DNA from: an uncultured Clostridia bacterium
Lineage (GTDB): Bacteria > Bacillota > Clostridia > Lachnospirales > CALKRZ01
Reading direction: 5' to 3'
Length of the DNA stretch: 37,230 bases
Assembly: GCA_937989765.1 (NCBI GenBank)
Contig: CALKRZ010000173.1
Location: 1 to 37,230 of the forward strand
The notes under the pieces were generated by a model. The model had not been told where the DNA came from, did not search any database, and saw only the letters and a list, made by a program, of their open reading frames with translations. The position numbers were made by a program, and so were the translations under genes. Shown in pieces: positions 16,058 to 24,569 of the stretch (its first letter is position 1; each line of letters opens with the position of its first letter).

Positions 16058-17240
16058 AAATAGACATACGTATATTTGGTTTTTATTTTTGTTCGTAGTG
16101 CTCTGTACGATCCCCCTCACTGGTTGTTGGGATAAAGTGGAGATGGATGACCGAGCTTTTGTGATCGGCATGGGGGTGGATAAGTTTGAGTATGAAAAAT
16201 ATATAGAGGAAAATAAGGAGGAGGAGGAAACAGAAAATATAAAGAATGACCGATTTCGAGTGACATACACCATGCCTAATCTGGGGATGATAGCAGGTAA
16301 GGCAGGAAATGAAGAACCAAAGTTCGTGAAAACCAGTACAGATACCACACTTTTTAGCACTTCAGCGATCATGGATGCCAGGCTCAATAAAGAAGTATAT
16401 TTTGGACATACAAAGATTATTGTTTTTGGGGAAGATCTCGTCAAAGATCCACATCTATTTCGTCAAGCCTTGGACGCCATGGAGAGAGATCCCCAAATCA
16501 GCCGAAGAGTTCCTTTGTTAGTGGCGCAGGGGCAGGCTTCCCATGTACTTAATACTACACCAGATGTAGAACCCCTCATGGGCATATATATTATGAAGGT
16601 GCTTGAAACGGCTGAACGTACAGTAGCGCGGGTAATACGGAAGGATTTGGGTGAGTTTCTAGAAGAATTACGTGTGGGGGGACGGGGGCTTCTACCTCGA
16701 ATCACCACAGGCAAAAAAGATGTAAAAGTAGGTGGAGCGGCAGTATTTAAAGACTATACTATGCAAGGGTGGTTAGGAGAAAAAGAGGTACGCAGTGTAT
16801 TATTTATACAGGGAAATGTAAAAAAAACACAGGTTCCAGTACAGTATGAGGATATGTATATCCCATACACTGTCACAGAAGTAAAAAGTGATCTGGAATT
16901 TTCGTATGATGGAAATCGACTTTCTGCTAAGATTAAGATCAAAATGGAAGGAGATATCTTGGAGTATGAACTGGAGCGAAAGCCAGAGTTATTTAAAAAT
17001 AGCACGCTCAAAAAACTAAGTAGTATTCTATCTGCAGAAATAGAAAAAGAAGTACTGCAAACCATGACCAAGCTGCAGAAGGAATTTAAGACAGATGCCA
17101 TCGGCATGGAAAGAGAGCTTAGAAAATATCAATATGATATTTGGAAACAAGTAAAAGATGACTGGGATCAAGTGTTTGAAGATATGAATGTGTCCGTAGA
17201 TGTCACAGCCAATATCCGACGAATTGGTGTCTCAAGATAA
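16041..17240 (+). CDS. spore germination lipoprotein, Ger(x)C C-subunit family
   Basis: Signal peptide with lipobox LTGCWD. It overlaps the end of the B-subunit gene by 17 nt. An alternative TTG start at 16050 has a better SD (AGGTGA). Confidence 0.85.
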   Translation: MIRLSKNRHTYIWFLFLFVVLCTIPLTGCWDKVEMDDRAFVIGMGVDKFEYEKYIEENKEEEETENIKNDRFRVTYTMPNLGMIAGKAGNEEPKFVKTSTDTTLFSTSAIMDARLNKEVYFGHTKIIVFGEDLVKDPHLFRQALDAMERDPQISRRVPLLVAQGQASHVLNTTPDVEPLMGIYIMKVLETAERTVARVIRKDLGEFLEELRVGGRGLLPRITTGKKDVKVGGAAVFKDYTMQGWLGEKEVRSVLFIQGNVKKTQVPVQYEDMYIPYTVTEVKSDLEFSYDGNRLSAKIKIKMEGDILEYELERKPELFKNSTLKKLSSILSAEIEKEVLQTMTKLQKEFKTDAIGMERELRKYQYDIWKQVKDDWDQVFEDMNVSVDVTANIRRIGVSR

Positions 17241-17246
17241 ATATCA

Positions 17247-17276
17247 TGTATAGCTTTTAAGATTTTGGAAATACTG
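17247..17276 (+). promoter_or_regulatory. candidate sigmaF-type forespore promoter of spoIIR
   Basis: TGTATA (17247-17252), 14 nt spacer, GGAAATACT (17267-17275), compared with the sigmaF consensus GYATA-N14/15-GGnRAnAnT. spoIIR is sigmaF-dependent in B. subtilis. Confidence 0.4.
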
Positions 17277-17317
17277 AAGATATAATACAATTTTGGATGG
17301 ATAGGGGGAAATATGAT

Positions 17318-18037
17318 ATGTTTACAAAAGAAAAAATGATCAATAAAGTGAAAAGATGGTTCTATAAAGATAAGTATATTTTACTGGTATCCTTGATCAT
17401 CGGATTAATGGCTACAAGCATCACTGCGTACAGCAAAGTGTATTCTGAAAGTATTCAAACAGGGCTTGCCCAAAATTTGATCAGATTTCATGTGATTGCC
17501 CATAGTGATGCAGTAGAAGATCAAACATTAAAAAATGCAGTACGGGATGCGATCCTAGAAGATTTGAAAGAGGAACTAAGGATATCGCCAGATATTGAAC
17601 AAACGAGAGAGTTGCTTTTGGCTTCTACAGATCGTATCGAGGCAGTAGCCCAAGATGTGATCAGCCAGTGGGGTAAAACCTACCCTGTAAAAGCCAGTCT
17701 AGGTACAGCACCTTTTCCAACCAAACGATATGGAGATGTAGTGATCCCCGCTGGATCTTATGAAGCTATGCGGGTAGTCATTGGAGACGGATGTGGAAAG
17801 AATTGGTGGTGTGTGATGTTCCCGCCCATGTGTTTTGTAGACATTACCCATGGCACTGTACCTGAAAAAACGAAAGAAGAGCTCAAGCATATCTTAACAG
17901 AAGAAGAATACAAGCTAGTCGTCAGTGCGAAATCCAAAGACGCGATTCCTATTAAAGTAAAGTTCAAAATAGTAGAATGGTGGCAAGAACGGAAGCTGAC
18001 CCCAGAAGTAGTATTCGCCAAAACCAAAAAACCATAA
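17318..18037 (+). CDS. spoIIR: stage II sporulation protein R
   Basis: Track ORF 17297..18037. The likely start is the ATG at 17318. There is an N-terminal TM segment. Conserved motifs: LIRFHVIAHSD, NWWCVMFPPMCF. Confidence 0.88.
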   Translation: MFTKEKMINKVKRWFYKDKYILLVSLIIGLMATSITAYSKVYSESIQTGLAQNLIRFHVIAHSDAVEDQTLKNAVRDAILEDLKEELRISPDIEQTRELLLASTDRIEAVAQDVISQWGKTYPVKASLGTAPFPTKRYGDVVIPAGSYEAMRVVIGDGCGKNWWCVMFPPMCFVDITHGTVPEKTKEELKHILTEEEYKLVVSAKSKDAIPIKVKFKIVEWWQERKLTPEVVFAKTKKP

Positions 18038-18095
18038 GCCATCTGAAAGAAAAAACTTTGCAAGACGATCAACCACATATTCTTGTATAGATCTG

Positions 18096-18133
18096 AAAAA
18101 AGGAATTATGAAAATACGCATAGTTCCTTTTTT
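18096..18133 (+). terminator. rho-independent terminator of spoIIR
   Basis: GGAATTATG-AAAATACG-CATAGTTCC: a 9-bp stem including one G-U pair, with an A-run upstream and T6 downstream. Confidence 0.7.
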
Positions 18134-18220
18134 GATGTATAAAGATGTCTAAGATTTTCTTGCATAAATGGATCGTTAAGAGTAATATAGAAATGATTTA
18201 ACACACAAGGAGGTAGAGAA

Positions 18221-19678
18221 TTGAACCGAGCCAAACACCAAAAAACACCGTTGTTTACTGCTCTTAAAGAGCATATGGAAAAGGATGTAGTGCCTTTTCA
18301 TGTGCCTGGTCATAAATATGGAAGGGGAAATCCAGAACTTTTGGATTTCTTTGGACAAAATGTAATGAAAGCCGATGTCAATGGGATGGAAGGCTTAGAT
18401 AATGCCGCCAATCCCATCTCCGTCATCAAAGAAGCAGAAGAGCTGATGGCAGAAGCCTTCCATGCAGATCATGCCTTCTTTCTAGTCAATGGAACCACCT
18501 CAGGTATACAAACTATGATCATGAGTGCATGTCGCCCAGGAGAGCAGATCATTATCCCTAGGAATGCTCATAAGTCTACTATTGGGGGCATTATCCTATC
18601 TGGAGCCGTCCCCATCTATGTACCCTCAGAGATCAATGAAAACTTAGGCGTCGCTATGGGAGTATCAGCCCAAGTGATCAAAGATGCGATCAAAGCCAAT
18701 GACTTTGCCAAAGCTGTATTTGTAGTCAATCCCACATATTATGGGGCAGTTTCTGATCTCAAGTCTATCGTACGCACAGCCCATCGCAATGGCACGGCAG
18801 TATTGGTGGATGAGGCACATGGAGCCCATATGCGATTTCATGACGACTTCCCACTGACAGCGATGGAGGTAGGGGCAGATATGAGTGCCTGCAGTAACCA
18901 CAAGACGGGCGGGTCTATGACCCAAAGCTCGGCACTTCTGCTTCGAGGCAATCTTATTTCCAAGGCAAAGGTAAAACAGACCCTGAACCTTACCTTTACG
19001 ACCAGTGCTTCCTATATCCTCATGGCGTCACTAGATACATCCAGAAAAGTTTTGGCACTCCAAGGGGAAGAACTTTTAGGAGAGACACTAGAACTGTGCC
19101 GCTATGCAAGGACAGAACTCAACAATATTGAGGGAATCTACGCATTAGGAAAAGAATTAATCGGCACCCCGGGATGCTATGACTTTGATGAAACTAAGCT
19201 CACAATTCATGTTCGTAGATTAGGGATTACAGGCTTTGAAATGGAAAGAATCTTGCGGAGGCAATACAATATCCAGATCGAGATGTCGGATATCTATAAT
19301 ATAATGGCGATCGTCAGCCTAGGAGATCGCAGGGAGGATATAGACAGGCTCATTCATGCGATACGAGATATTGCAGAAAAAAGAGGAATACAAGAGATGA
19401 AAAATGTCATTCTCATTCCTAAAGTGCCAGATCTCATCGTATCCCCAAGGGATGCCTTCTATGGACACAAGCGGGTAGTCGCATTAGAAGAAAGTAAAGG
19501 AGAGATCTGTGCGGAGATGATTATGGCGTATCCACCCGGTATTCCGATCATCTGTCCAGGAGAGCGGATCAGTCAAGATGTCATAGACTATGTGAAGATA
19601 TTAAAAGAGGAACAATGTCAAATGCAGGGAACAGCAGACCCTTATGTAAATAATATTCGGGTACTGGGTGTTCGATAA
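18221..19678 (+). CDS. Orn/Lys/Arg decarboxylase family PLP enzyme (B. subtilis SpeA-like arginine decarboxylase)
   Basis: TTG start preceded by AGGAGG. It is colinear with my recollection of B. subtilis SpeA (TPLFTALKEH, HVPGHKYG, IIIPRNAHKS, VDEAHGAH, PLP-lysine region SNHKTGGSMTQSS). Confidence 0.88.
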   Translation: MNRAKHQKTPLFTALKEHMEKDVVPFHVPGHKYGRGNPELLDFFGQNVMKADVNGMEGLDNAANPISVIKEAEELMAEAFHADHAFFLVNGTTSGIQTMIMSACRPGEQIIIPRNAHKSTIGGIILSGAVPIYVPSEINENLGVAMGVSAQVIKDAIKANDFAKAVFVVNPTYYGAVSDLKSIVRTAHRNGTAVLVDEAHGAHMRFHDDFPLTAMEVGADMSACSNHKTGGSMTQSSALLLRGNLISKAKVKQTLNLTFTTSASYILMASLDTSRKVLALQGEELLGETLELCRYARTELNNIEGIYALGKELIGTPGCYDFDETKLTIHVRRLGITGFEMERILRRQYNIQIEMSDIYNIMAIVSLGDRREDIDRLIHAIRDIAEKRGIQEMKNVILIPKVPDLIVSPRDAFYGHKRVVALEESKGEICAEMIMAYPPGIPIICPGERISQDVIDYVKILKEEQCQMQGTADPYVNNIRVLGVR

Positions 19679-19690
19679 ATCTATCAAAAG

Positions 19691-19716
19691 AGCAAGCCTT
19701 CGGGCTTGCTTTTTTG
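19691..19716 (+). terminator. rho-independent terminator of the decarboxylase gene
   Basis: AGCAAGCC-TTCG-GGCTTGCT followed by TTTTT. Confidence 0.8.
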
Positions 19717-19844
19717 ATGCGCTGTTTTTTTGATGGTGACAAAATGAAGGAGTACGGATTGTATAGAGGATGGATAAAATGCACATTTATAGAAATAATA
19801 AATACTAGCATGCTAGCAAATTTATAATCTATGGAGGGATCACT

Positions 19845-20786
19845 TTGCGGTATAAGAAGATATGTGTCATTACTTCCATGATCATAGCACTGATGAGTGT
19901 TACCACTGCATACATAGTGGATCGTGCTGTTCCAGAAGTAGTACAAGCAGCAATCTATACATGGGGCTCCAAAGGAGCTTCTGTAAGACAGATTCAGACA
20001 AGGCTTCGGGATTGGGGATTTTATAAAGGAAGTGTGGACGGTTCTTATGGATATCAAACATGGGATGCTGTAAGGCGGTTTCAACAGCGCCATGGTCTCA
20101 AGGCAGATGGGATCACCGGTAGAACAACTTTAGAAAAATTAGGACTACCCACAGGAGCCGCACAAGCAGCTGGAGGAGGGGGTGGCGTAGTAGCTACTCA
20201 GACAAAATATACTTGGGGTTCTAAGGGGGAAGGAGTCAAGGAGATACAAAGAAGGCTTCGAGACTGGGGTTATCTCAAAGGCGCAATAGATGGCTCCTAT
20301 GGATATCAAACCTGGTCTGCTGTCAAGCGTTTTCAGTCTCGTCACGGGCTCACTGCGGATGGAGTAGCAGGAAGAGGGACGTTAGAAAAACTAGGTATAC
20401 CAGTGCGTACGGCGGCAGCCAATACGGATGCTGCTCGTAATCTCCATGTGCTAGCAGCGGCAATTCATGGAGAAGCGAGGGGAGAACCTTATTTGGGGCA
20501 AGTAGCGGTGGGTGCGGTGGTTATGAATCGCGCTAGGCATCCCTCTTTTCCTAATACCATAGCAGGGGTCGTATATCAACCCGGCGCCTTTGATGCGGTC
20601 AAGGATGGACAGATCAATCTAACTCCGGGTGAAAGTTCCCGAAAAGCAGCAAGAGATGCCCTAAATGGATGGGATCCCACGGATGGTTCGATCTATTATT
20701 GGAATCCTGCTACAGCCACCAGTCGTTGGATTTGGTCCGTACCCATCACCAAACAAATCGGAAGACACGTATTTGGAAAAAAATAA
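19845..20786 (+). CDS. sleB: spore cortex-lytic enzyme SleB paralog 1 (two PG_binding_1 domains + Hydrolase_2 domain)
   Basis: TTG start preceded by GGAGGG. The PG-binding module is duplicated (YTWGSKG..IQ.RLRDWG..KG..DGSYGYQTW.AV.RFQ.RHGL.ADG). The C-terminal domain motifs AAAIHGEARGEPYLGQVAVGAVVMNR...HPSFPNTIAGVVYQPGAFDAV are typical of SleB/CwlJ. Confidence 0.9.
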   Translation: MRYKKICVITSMIIALMSVTTAYIVDRAVPEVVQAAIYTWGSKGASVRQIQTRLRDWGFYKGSVDGSYGYQTWDAVRRFQQRHGLKADGITGRTTLEKLGLPTGAAQAAGGGGGVVATQTKYTWGSKGEGVKEIQRRLRDWGYLKGAIDGSYGYQTWSAVKRFQSRHGLTADGVAGRGTLEKLGIPVRTAAANTDAARNLHVLAAAIHGEARGEPYLGQVAVGAVVMNRARHPSFPNTIAGVVYQPGAFDAVKDGQINLTPGESSRKAARDALNGWDPTDGSIYYWNPATATSRWIWSVPITKQIGRHVFGKK

Positions 20787-20799
20787 ATTCCGAGTTATC

Positions 20800-20950
20800 A
20801 AAAAGCTTGTGGTAAGGCAAATATATAAATCTTCCAACAACTGCAAAATCACGCTTGTGCAAAGGGGAATTTTAGTTGTAATCGGGGACGCGCTCTTTTG
20901 TTGCAGTTGTTTACAGATTTATATATTTGCCTTACCACTATATACTTTTA
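20800..20950 (-). repeat. long-hairpin intergenic repeat family, copy 3 (inverted orientation)
   Basis: Its reverse complement aligns with copies 1, 2 and 4. It fills the sleB1-sleB2 spacer, starting 13 nt after the sleB1 stop and ending 39 nt before the sleB2 start. Confidence 0.88.
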
Positions 20951-20989
20951 CAACGATCCATAACTTCTAAAAAGGTAGGAGAGATGTGT

Positions 20990-21700
20990 ATGAAACATAG
21001 ACGACTAAGCATTATTCTAACGAGTGTGATCATGATAGTAGCCGTGGGTTTTGCAGGTTTTGTCCACAGTATTACACCTAGAGCCATAGAGGTCTCTACG
21101 TATACATGGGGATCAAAAGGAGAGACTGTGCGCAAGATTCAGCAAAAGTTAAAGCAGTGGGGATATATGGAAGAATCAGCGGATGGCACATACGGCTACA
21201 AGACATGGGATGCAGTGAAGAAGTTTCAAAGAAAAAATAACCTAAAGGCAGATGGGGTAGCAGGCACAAAAACCTTGGAAAAGCTAGGTATTCAAGCAAC
21301 TAAAGCAGCGGCTGAGCAAGGACAAGGGGGTGCTGCTAAGGCGGGCAACAAGGATGTGCGTCTTTTGGCAGCGGCAATCCATGGAGAAGGTAGAGGGGAA
21401 ATCTACTTGGGACAAGTAGCGATTGGGGCTGTGGTTATGAATCGTACCAGACACCCTTCATTTCCTAATACCATAGCAGGGGTGGTGTATCAACCGGGTG
21501 CTTTTGATGCAGTCAAGGATGGACAGATCAATCTAGAGCCAGGAGAGTCCTCCCTAAAGGCAGCGAGGGATGCCATGAATGGATGGGATCCTACGGATGG
21601 AGCCATCTACTACTGGAATCCAGTCACAGCCAAAAGCAAATGGATTTGGTCAGTACCCATTTCAAAAAAAATAGGCAAGCATGTATTTGGTAAAAAATAA
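20990..21700 (+). CDS. sleB: spore cortex-lytic enzyme SleB paralog 2 (one PG_binding_1 domain + Hydrolase_2 domain)
   Basis: Track ORF 20927..21700 begins inside the repeat. Start refined to the ATG at 20990 (MKHRRLSIILTSV), preceded by AGGAGAG with a 6-nt spacer. The C-terminal domain is near-identical at protein level to paralog 1. Confidence 0.9.
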   Translation: MKHRRLSIILTSVIMIVAVGFAGFVHSITPRAIEVSTYTWGSKGETVRKIQQKLKQWGYMEESADGTYGYKTWDAVKKFQRKNNLKADGVAGTKTLEKLGIQATKAAAEQGQGGAAKAGNKDVRLLAAAIHGEGRGEIYLGQVAIGAVVMNRTRHPSFPNTIAGVVYQPGAFDAVKDGQINLEPGESSLKAARDAMNGWDPTDGAIYYWNPVTAKSKWIWSVPISKKIGKHVFGKK

Positions 21701-21718
21701 AACCTGGGAGTGAAGAAC

Positions 21719-23143
21719 GTGAAGAAAAAAGATAATCAACTGCTCAGATGGAAAACGAGGCTATCCCGAGGGCATATGTATAGTGTAGTGGTAACTATTT
21801 TGGCAATAACACTAGGATTTGGGATGTATCAATACAAACAAAAGCTGAATTATAAACAATTTCTCCAAAATCAATTTCAAGAAGCATTTTATGAAACAGC
21901 TACGTATGTAAATAATGTGGACAACAACTTGGCAAAGGTAAGATTGGCTAGAAAGCCTCCACAATGCGCCCCCTATTTTGCAGAGTTGTGGAAGCAGGCA
22001 TCCTCTGCACAAGAAAATCTAGGGAGGATGCCATATAATCACTCTGCGGTGAGTAAAACGCTAAAATTTTTATCCCAAGTCAGTGATTATTCCTATGCCA
22101 TGATGCATAAATCCGTGGAAGGGAAAGAACTCACAGACAAGGACTGGGAAAAATTAGATCAAATCCGAAATTATGCTAGAAAGCTGAGTTTTGAACTGAA
22201 CAAAGTACGAGAAGAAGTAGATGATGGAAATAGGATCGCTTGGGGTCAGATTGAAAAAGAAGGGGAAAAAGCCTTAGAAAAAGCCAAAGAGGGAACAGAA
22301 GGACGGCATATCGTAGGCTCTCTCACGGAAGTAAATAAGCAGTTCCAAGATTATCCTGTGCTCCTCTATGATGGACCCTTTTCCGATCATATTGAGCGGA
22401 TGGAGCCAAGGATGGTCAGGGGCAAAGAACGAATCACGAAAGAGCAAGGCGCAGAGATTGTCAAAAACTTTTTAGGAAATGATCAAATACAAACTGTACG
22501 CCTCGTGGGGCAAACAGATACCAAACAGCGGCATATCATCCCTGTATACACCTATGAAATCCTATTGGCGAATCAAAAGGAACCTACACTCGCCATAGAT
22601 ATTACGCAAGAAGGTGGATTACCCATTTGGATGTTGAACTATACCACAAGACCGAGTACAGATAAAGAAATATCGCTAGAAGACGCGCGAAAAAAAGCAG
22701 AAGACTTCTTAGCCAGAAATAAGTATCCAGATATGAAACCTAGTTATTATGAGAAGGTAGATGGAGTAGCCGTGATCAACTTTGCACCAGAACAGAACAA
22801 TGTGATCATGTATCCTGACTTGATCAAAGTAAAAGTCGCGATGGATCAAGGAGAGATCATAGGTTTCGAGGCGAGAGGCTACATTATGATGCATCATAAA
22901 CGAAACCTACCCCAAATCAAACTAACAGAAGCAGAAGCGAGGCAAGAGCTGTCTCCTAACTTTACGATCACCAAGGTGAACAAGGCAGTCATTCCCCTAG
23001 AATCCAAAAGAGAAGTGCTCTGCTATGAGTTCAAAGGGCGACATGAAGACAGCGAGTTTATCATATACATCAATGCCGAAAGCGGCAAACAAGAAAAAAT
23101 CCTCCAACTCATCACCACAAAAAATGCAGTACTCACCCAATAA
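21719..23143 (+). CDS. ypeB: germination protein YpeB (PepSY-domain partner of SleB)
   Basis: Track ORF 21710..23143. The GTG at 21719 is better spaced from GGGAG. There is an N-terminal TM segment and C-terminal PepSY-type repeats. The sleB-ypeB gene order is canonical. Confidence 0.88.
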   Translation: MKKKDNQLLRWKTRLSRGHMYSVVVTILAITLGFGMYQYKQKLNYKQFLQNQFQEAFYETATYVNNVDNNLAKVRLARKPPQCAPYFAELWKQASSAQENLGRMPYNHSAVSKTLKFLSQVSDYSYAMMHKSVEGKELTDKDWEKLDQIRNYARKLSFELNKVREEVDDGNRIAWGQIEKEGEKALEKAKEGTEGRHIVGSLTEVNKQFQDYPVLLYDGPFSDHIERMEPRMVRGKERITKEQGAEIVKNFLGNDQIQTVRLVGQTDTKQRHIIPVYTYEILLANQKEPTLAIDITQEGGLPIWMLNYTTRPSTDKEISLEDARKKAEDFLARNKYPDMKPSYYEKVDGVAVINFAPEQNNVIMYPDLIKVKVAMDQGEIIGFEARGYIMMHHKRNLPQIKLTEAEARQELSPNFTITKVNKAVIPLESKREVLCYEFKGRHEDSEFIIYINAESGKQEKILQLITTKNAVLTQ

Positions 23144-23169
23144 GACTAGATCCCTAGTCTTATTTTTTT
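23141..23169 (+). terminator. rho-independent terminator of ypeB
   Basis: TAAGACTAG-ATCC-CTAGTCTTA followed by TTTTTTT. Confidence 0.8.
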
Positions 23170-23192
23170 GGTCTTTTAAAGAAGAGATTTGT

Positions 23193-23346
23193 GAAAAAGT
23201 ATCTAGTGGAAAGGAAAATATATAAATCTGGAAACAACTGCAACAAAAGAGCGCCTCCCAGATTTCAAATAAACTTCCCCCTTGCACAAGCGCGATTTTG
23301 CAGTTGTTGGAAGATTTATATATTTTCCTTTCCACAGGTTTTTTCC
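23193..23346 (+). repeat. long-hairpin intergenic repeat family, copy 4
   Basis: Arms are GTGGAAAGGAAAATATATAAATCTGGAAACAACTGCAA ... TTGCAGTTGTTGGAAGATTTATATATTTTCCTTTCCAC. A T-run follows. Confidence 0.88.
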
Positions 23347-23355
23347 AAAAAGGTA

Positions 23356-23384
23356 TTGAATAAAATAGTTGGAAACATTACAAT
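23356..23384 (+). promoter_or_regulatory. predicted sigmaA-type promoter of ddl
   Basis: TTGAAT, 17 nt spacer, TACAAT. Confidence 0.4.
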
Positions 23385-23467
23385 CAGTAGTTAGTAATAT
23401 GAATATAATAAGTAGGATATATATACTATAAAAAGATTAAATGATGGGATAGAAAAGAGGGGTTATC

Positions 23468-24535
23468 GTGTTCAATAAAAAAACAGTCGTTGTACTATTC
23501 GGGGGTCAGTCTTCTGAGCATGAGGTATCTAGAGTATCTGCTACTACAGTGATTTCACACATGGATTCGACTCGGTACTTTATTCTGCCTGTAGGGATCA
23601 CCAAAAAGGGAAAGTGGCTTTTATATAATGGGCCTGTAGAACATATCAAAAGTGGAGAATGGGAAAAGTATGCAACACCTGCCATTATAAGCCCAGATGC
23701 CACGCACAAAGGGCTTTTAAAGATCGTAGGGGATAAGATAAAAAACATACCCGTGGACGTAGTATTTCCTGTGCTTCATGGTTTGTATGGGGAAGATGGA
23801 AGCATCCAAGGACTTTTGGAACTTTGTCAGATTCCCTATGTGGGTTGCGGCATCCTTGCTTCCAGTGTTTCGATGGATAAAGTGTATACTAAGATTATTG
23901 TGCAGGGCCAGAATATAGACCAAGCCAAATTTGTAACAGTACATCGTAGACAGCTACAGGATATGGAGATGGCAGTGAATAGGGTGGAAGCAGCAGTAGG
24001 CTACCCTTGTTTTGTCAAACCTTCTAATGCAGGATCTTCTGTGGGTATTACCAAAGCCCATGATCGTATAGAATTAGTGGCAGGGCTTACAGAAGCAGCC
24101 AATCATGATCGCAAGATTTTAGTAGAAGAAGGGATCGTAGGCAGAGAAGTAGAATGTGCTGTACTGGGCACGGACGATCCTCGTGGTTCAGCAGTGGGAG
24201 AGATTATTCCAGCCGCAGAATTTTATGATTTTGATGCAAAATATAATAATGAAGCTTCTCAAACGGTGATTCCAGCAAATCTTCCACTAGAAGTTATAGA
24301 AGAAATTAGAGAGAAGGCAGTACGAATTTTTAAAGCAGTAGATGGAGCAGGATTAGCCAGAGTGGATTTTTTCGTAGAAAAAGATACGAATCGAGTGATA
24401 TTTAATGAAATCAATACCCTGCCTGGTTTTACGTCCATTAGTATGTATCCCATGTTGTGGGAGCAGGAAGGCATCACCAAAACACAATTAATTGATCAGT
24501 TAATTGGCTTAGCCTTTGATAGGGTAGAAGCATAG
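23468..24535 (+). CDS. ddl: D-alanine--D-alanine ligase
   Basis: GTG start. The N-terminus (VVLFGGQSSEHEVS) and ATP-grasp motifs (FVKPSNAGSSVGI, FNEINTLPGFT) are present. Confidence 0.92.
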   Translation: MFNKKTVVVLFGGQSSEHEVSRVSATTVISHMDSTRYFILPVGITKKGKWLLYNGPVEHIKSGEWEKYATPAIISPDATHKGLLKIVGDKIKNIPVDVVFPVLHGLYGEDGSIQGLLELCQIPYVGCGILASSVSMDKVYTKIIVQGQNIDQAKFVTVHRRQLQDMEMAVNRVEAAVGYPCFVKPSNAGSSVGITKAHDRIELVAGLTEAANHDRKILVEEGIVGREVECAVLGTDDPRGSAVGEIIPAAEFYDFDAKYNNEASQTVIPANLPLEVIEEIREKAVRIFKAVDGAGLARVDFFVEKDTNRVIFNEINTLPGFTSISMYPMLWEQEGITKTQLIDQLIGLAFDRVEA

Positions 24536-24569
24536 GTCATAGGAAAAAAGAATATAAAGGAGGGGCATT

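Noticed and set aside
19581-20093. Track ORF 19581..20093 (-), 170 aa.
   Set aside because: It spans the decarboxylase 3' end, its terminator, the intergenic region and the sleB1 5' end in antisense. It has no support.
1166-23346. Possibility that the repeated units form a CRISPR array.
   Set aside because: The copies are kilobases apart and separated by conserved genes. One is inverted, and each is about 150 nt and internally palindromic. This is not the 25-40 nt regularly spaced repeat/spacer organisation, and there are no cas genes.
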